From contig JAFUXB010000001.1 of the NCBI GenBank assembly GCA_017477255.1, positions 29,872-93,871 of the forward strand: DNA of 64,000 nt, in the 5' to 3' direction. The stretch is from Bacilli bacterium. GTDB taxonomy: Bacteria > Bacillota_I > Bacilli_A > RFN20 > CAG-826. The notes beneath the pieces were generated by a model. It was not told where the DNA came from. It made no database searches and saw nothing but the letters and a program-made list of their open reading frames with translations. Positions within the stretch are counted from its first letter, which is position 1, and the number at the start of each line of letters is the position of its first letter. A program made the position numbers and the translations under genes. Below, piece by piece: positions 61,771 through 64,000 of this stretch.

Positions 61771-64000
61771 TCAATGCTTTTAATTTATCTAAATCATATT
61801 CAACTAATGAAATATTCACCAAATATAATTACAATTTTGAAGATAATAAATTTTATGGAATTTATGGAAAATCTGGATGTGGTAAAAGTACACTTTTAAA
61901 TTGCTTATCTGGTTTGGATTTAAACTTTGATGGAGATGTAATTGTTGATGGAATATCTCTAAAAGATTTAAATGATAAAGAAATAGAAGATTTCAGAATT
62001 AATAATTTTGGGTTTGTTTTCCAATCATTTAACTTATTTGAAGATCAAACTGTTGAGCAAAATATTGCATTATCATTAATAACAAATGAGAGTGATAAAG
62101 AGGTGATTTCTCAAAAAATAGTTGAGATTTGCAAGGTTTTAGATATAAATGACATTATTTATGAGCCTGTTAAAAGGCTGAGTGGTGGCGAAAAACAAAG
62201 GGTTGCTATAGCAAGAGCATTAATAAATAATCCTAAAGTTATTTTTTGCGATGAGCCTACTGGATCTTTAGATGAAGAAAATGCTAAACAAGTTTTTGAA
62301 ATCTTAAAAAGCTTAAGTAGTAACATATTAATAATTTGTGTTTCTCATGATATCGATTTATTAAAAGAATATTGCGATACAGTTATTGATTTTTATAAAA
62401 AGCAAGAAGTTAAAGTTAGAAATAAGGCAAGTGAAAAAGAAATTAAACTTATGAATATCCATGATAAAGGAGAAGGTAAGTTAAAGTTTAAAACTATTGT
62501 TAATTTATGTAAAAGTTCTTTTAAAAACAATAGAGTTAGATACCTAATTTCTAGTGCAATATTTTCTGTATGTTTGATTTGTTTGGGTCTTTCTGTTTAT
62601 TTAGGCCAAAGTTTATCTTTGAGTATTAATAAAGCATTCTCAAATATTATTAGCGATAATACCTTAATATTAAGGAAAAAAGAACTTAATAATGAAGTTG
62701 AAAAGAAGTCAGTTTCGAAAGATATTATCTATAAAATTAAACAAGAATATAACGATGATATCGAATATTTTGGTTGTAAGTATTTAAATAATTTTAACGA
62801 TATGTTTATTAATTATAATAACGTATTTCTTTCTCATAATAATGTTTTAAAAGGTATTGATCTATTTAATGCACAACATTTCGAAGAGTTTGAGTATAGG
62901 CCTAAAGAAGCAATTGGTATTGATTTAAAAAATGATGAAATAGTTGTTTCTTTAGACTATTCTTCTATGGATAAACTGTGCAAAATCTTACAGATTAAAA
63001 GGGATTACAGCAACTTAAATGAGTATTTAGAAAATAAGCAAACTGAGTTAATTTTTAAGGTAAGAAATAATGATCGGCAATATAATGATGAGCAATTATT
63101 TGTTTTAAAAAGAGTTTTTAAAGATATAAATAATAGAATCTACCATACAAATAATCTTTTTAATGAATATTTATTTGAAAATAGGATGAAACTCCCTTCA
63201 ATAATTGATTTAAATAATAATAAAGTAGCACCTTGGACTTTGAAGAAAGTTTATTATTTTAAAACTAAAAACTTTCAGACTAAGCTTATAAATAAAATTT
63301 CAAAAAACCCAGAATATAAAGATATAGTTTTTGATTCAGATCGAAATGAATATTCTCCTTTTACTTGTAAATTAGGTGAATATTGTAGAAGTAATAAAAT
63401 TTTTGCTTATGATTCGTCAAAATATGGGTTTGATTCTTCATTAATTTCTAATGTTCAAAAAATGAATTCAAAATTTAATAATTATTATTATTCATCTTTT
63501 GGTGGTTATTTTAATTATGGCATTGGAATGTTTGAGGGTTTTGCTAATAAAGTCTACTTTAGTTCTAATGTTGATGATTTAAATAAGCTTGAAAATAACT
63601 ATGAAAAAATAGAAATTAAAGATAAAGAATATTTGACTTTGCCAGAACAAATAGCACTAGGATATTATGAGAATTTAAGTCCATCTGATGTAAAGATTTC
63701 TACACTAAATTTTGAAAAAGAGTTGAGTTCTGAAGGGTTTTTGGTAAATGAAGTAGGTATTTCAAGTGCTTTAGCTACTAAAATTAAAATGAATATAAGT
63801 GAAAATAATTCAATTTATCTAATGCTAAATTATGATAAAAATTCGGATGGTATTTTCGAATACAATAAGTTTAAAAGGATTGAACTAAAAGTTTCTAAAA
63901 TTTACGATTCAAATAAATATTTCATAAAACAGAATAGTGATTTTAGTTTATCTCTTTTTAGAGATTTGTTCGAAGTTTCAGTTTTTAAATTAATACCAAA
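61767..64000 (+). CDS. Second fused ABC ATPase + large extracytoplasmic domain (MacB-like), 3' end outside window; not in the ORF track
   Basis: Its ATG overlaps the upstream stop (ATGA). Hand translation gives MINAFNLSKSYSTNE...GIYGKSGCGKSTLLN...LSGGEKQRVAIARAL...IFCDEPTGSLD, then a TM (ISSAIFSVCLICLGLSVYL). The frame is open to nt 64000. Confidence 0.85.
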   Translation, partial: MINAFNLSKSYSTNEIFTKYNYNFEDNKFYGIYGKSGCGKSTLLNCLSGLDLNFDGDVIVDGISLKDLNDKEIEDFRINNFGFVFQSFNLFEDQTVEQNIALSLITNESDKEVISQKIVEICKVLDINDIIYEPVKRLSGGEKQRVAIARALINNPKVIFCDEPTGSLDEENAKQVFEILKSLSSNILIICVSHDIDLLKEYCDTVIDFYKKQEVKVRNKASEKEIKLMNIHDKGEGKLKFKTIVNLCKSSFKNNRVRYLISSAIFSVCLICLGLSVYLGQSLSLSINKAFSNIISDNTLILRKKELNNEVEKKSVSKDIIYKIKQEYNDDIEYFGCKYLNNFNDMFINYNNVFLSHNNVLKGIDLFNAQHFEEFEYRPKEAIGIDLKNDEIVVSLDYSSMDKLCKILQIKRDYSNLNEYLENKQTELIFKVRNNDRQYNDEQLFVLKRVFKDINNRIYHTNNLFNEYLFENRMKLPSIIDLNNNKVAPWTLKKVYYFKTKNFQTKLINKISKNPEYKDIVFDSDRNEYSPFTCKLGEYCRSNKIFAYDSSKYGFDSSLISNVQKMNSKFNNYYYSSFGGYFNYGIGMFEGFANKVYFSSNVDDLNKLENNYEKIEIKDKEYLTLPEQIALGYYENLSPSDVKISTLNFEKELSSEGFLVNEVGISSALATKIKMNISENNSIYLMLNYDKNSDGIFEYNKFKRIELKVSKIYDSNKYFIKQNSDFSLSLFRDLFEVSVFKLIP
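62113..62138 (+). repeat. Dispersed motif copy (forward) inside the second ABC gene, a 26-nt exact match to intergenic 27105-27130
   Basis: AAAAAATAGTTGAGATTTGCAAGGTT, read as QKIVEICKV. Confidence 0.9.
63715..63742 (+). repeat. Dispersed motif copy (forward) inside the second ABC gene
   Basis: AAAAAGAGTTGAGTTCTGAAGGGTTTTT is 26/28 identical to 30637-30664. Read as EKELSSEGFL, a different frame from 62113. Confidence 0.8.

Noticed and set aside
13473-63742. The dispersed motif as a Chi site, FtsK/SpoIIIE orienting sequence (KOPS/SRS), or a parS/Noc/matS-type site.
   Set aside because: - Orientation is mixed (6 forward, 10 reverse) within a stretch where nearly all genes are co-oriented. That argues against polar signals such as Chi or KOPS.
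- The motif is non-palindromic, unlike parS, NBS and matS.
- It is also much longer than known Chi or KOPS motifs.
- A genome-wide skew analysis would still be needed to exclude these fully.
1-64000. Search for rRNA, tRNA, tmRNA, CRISPR, IS elements, integrases, prophage or toxin-antitoxin pairs.
   Set aside because: None was found by eye. All intergenic gaps longer than 100 nt are accounted for by promoters, terminators, the FMN riboswitch, rnpB or the repeat elements. A covariance-model scan (tRNAscan-SE, Infernal) would be needed to be definitive.

Overview
This is a low-GC (roughly 30% by eye) Firmicutes/Mollicutes-type chromosome segment. It is almost entirely housekeeping genes, and almost all are on the + strand. 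TGA is used as a stop (e.g. 28514-28516, 38060-38062, 39880-39882) and Trp is TGG, so the code is standard (table 11), not the Mycoplasma/Spiroplasma code.

Gene content in order:
- End of the S10 operon plus the spc and alpha ribosomal-protein operons (rplB to rplQ, including secY, adk, map, infA, rpmJ, rpoA).
- HAD hydrolase, spx, and a 1103-aa membrane-anchored S8 protease.
- An oppABCDF-type peptide ABC system with very large insertions.
- A glycolipid pair (UPF0104-type membrane protein plus MGS-like GT4), then yhaM and a HIT protein.
- Two PrsA/SurA-like lipoproteins.
- sufCDSUB translationally coupled to mnmG-rsmG.
- FMN riboswitch-ribU, a 59-aa ferredoxin, cmk-der and hup.
- A half-size CCA-type nucleotidyltransferase, then dnaD-nth, recU plus a DEDDh exonuclease, and gpsB-rnpB.
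- pgsA-cinA-recA and rny-ymdB-miaB-x-miaA-tcdA-fhs.
- Two fused MacB-like ABC transporters (the last runs off the window).

Synteny is Bacillus-like throughout. I saw no rRNA, tRNA, CRISPR, transposase, prophage or recognisable defence island.

The most unusual signal is not a gene. It is a dispersed DNA-level motif with core TGCAGGGTTTTT and extended form AAAAATAGTTGAGWTYTGCAGGGTTTTT. The exact 12-mer occurs 8 times, and about 16 recognisable copies lie between 13.4 and 63.8 kb. Copies are in intergenic DNA and inside unrelated genes, in both orientations and in all three reading frames. This resembles the genomic footprint of DNA uptake signal sequences, but other explanations remain open.

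A second, smaller signal is a shared leader element (ACCCCC ... CCTACTTGTATA(A)TAGAGGGGG) in front of recA and of the first MacB-like ABC gene.

Three genes or RNAs missing from the ORF track were found by eye: rpmJ, a ferredoxin, and the open-ended last ABC gene. RNase P RNA and an FMN riboswitch were also found. Several ORF-track starts are non-ATG upstream extensions and were trimmed.
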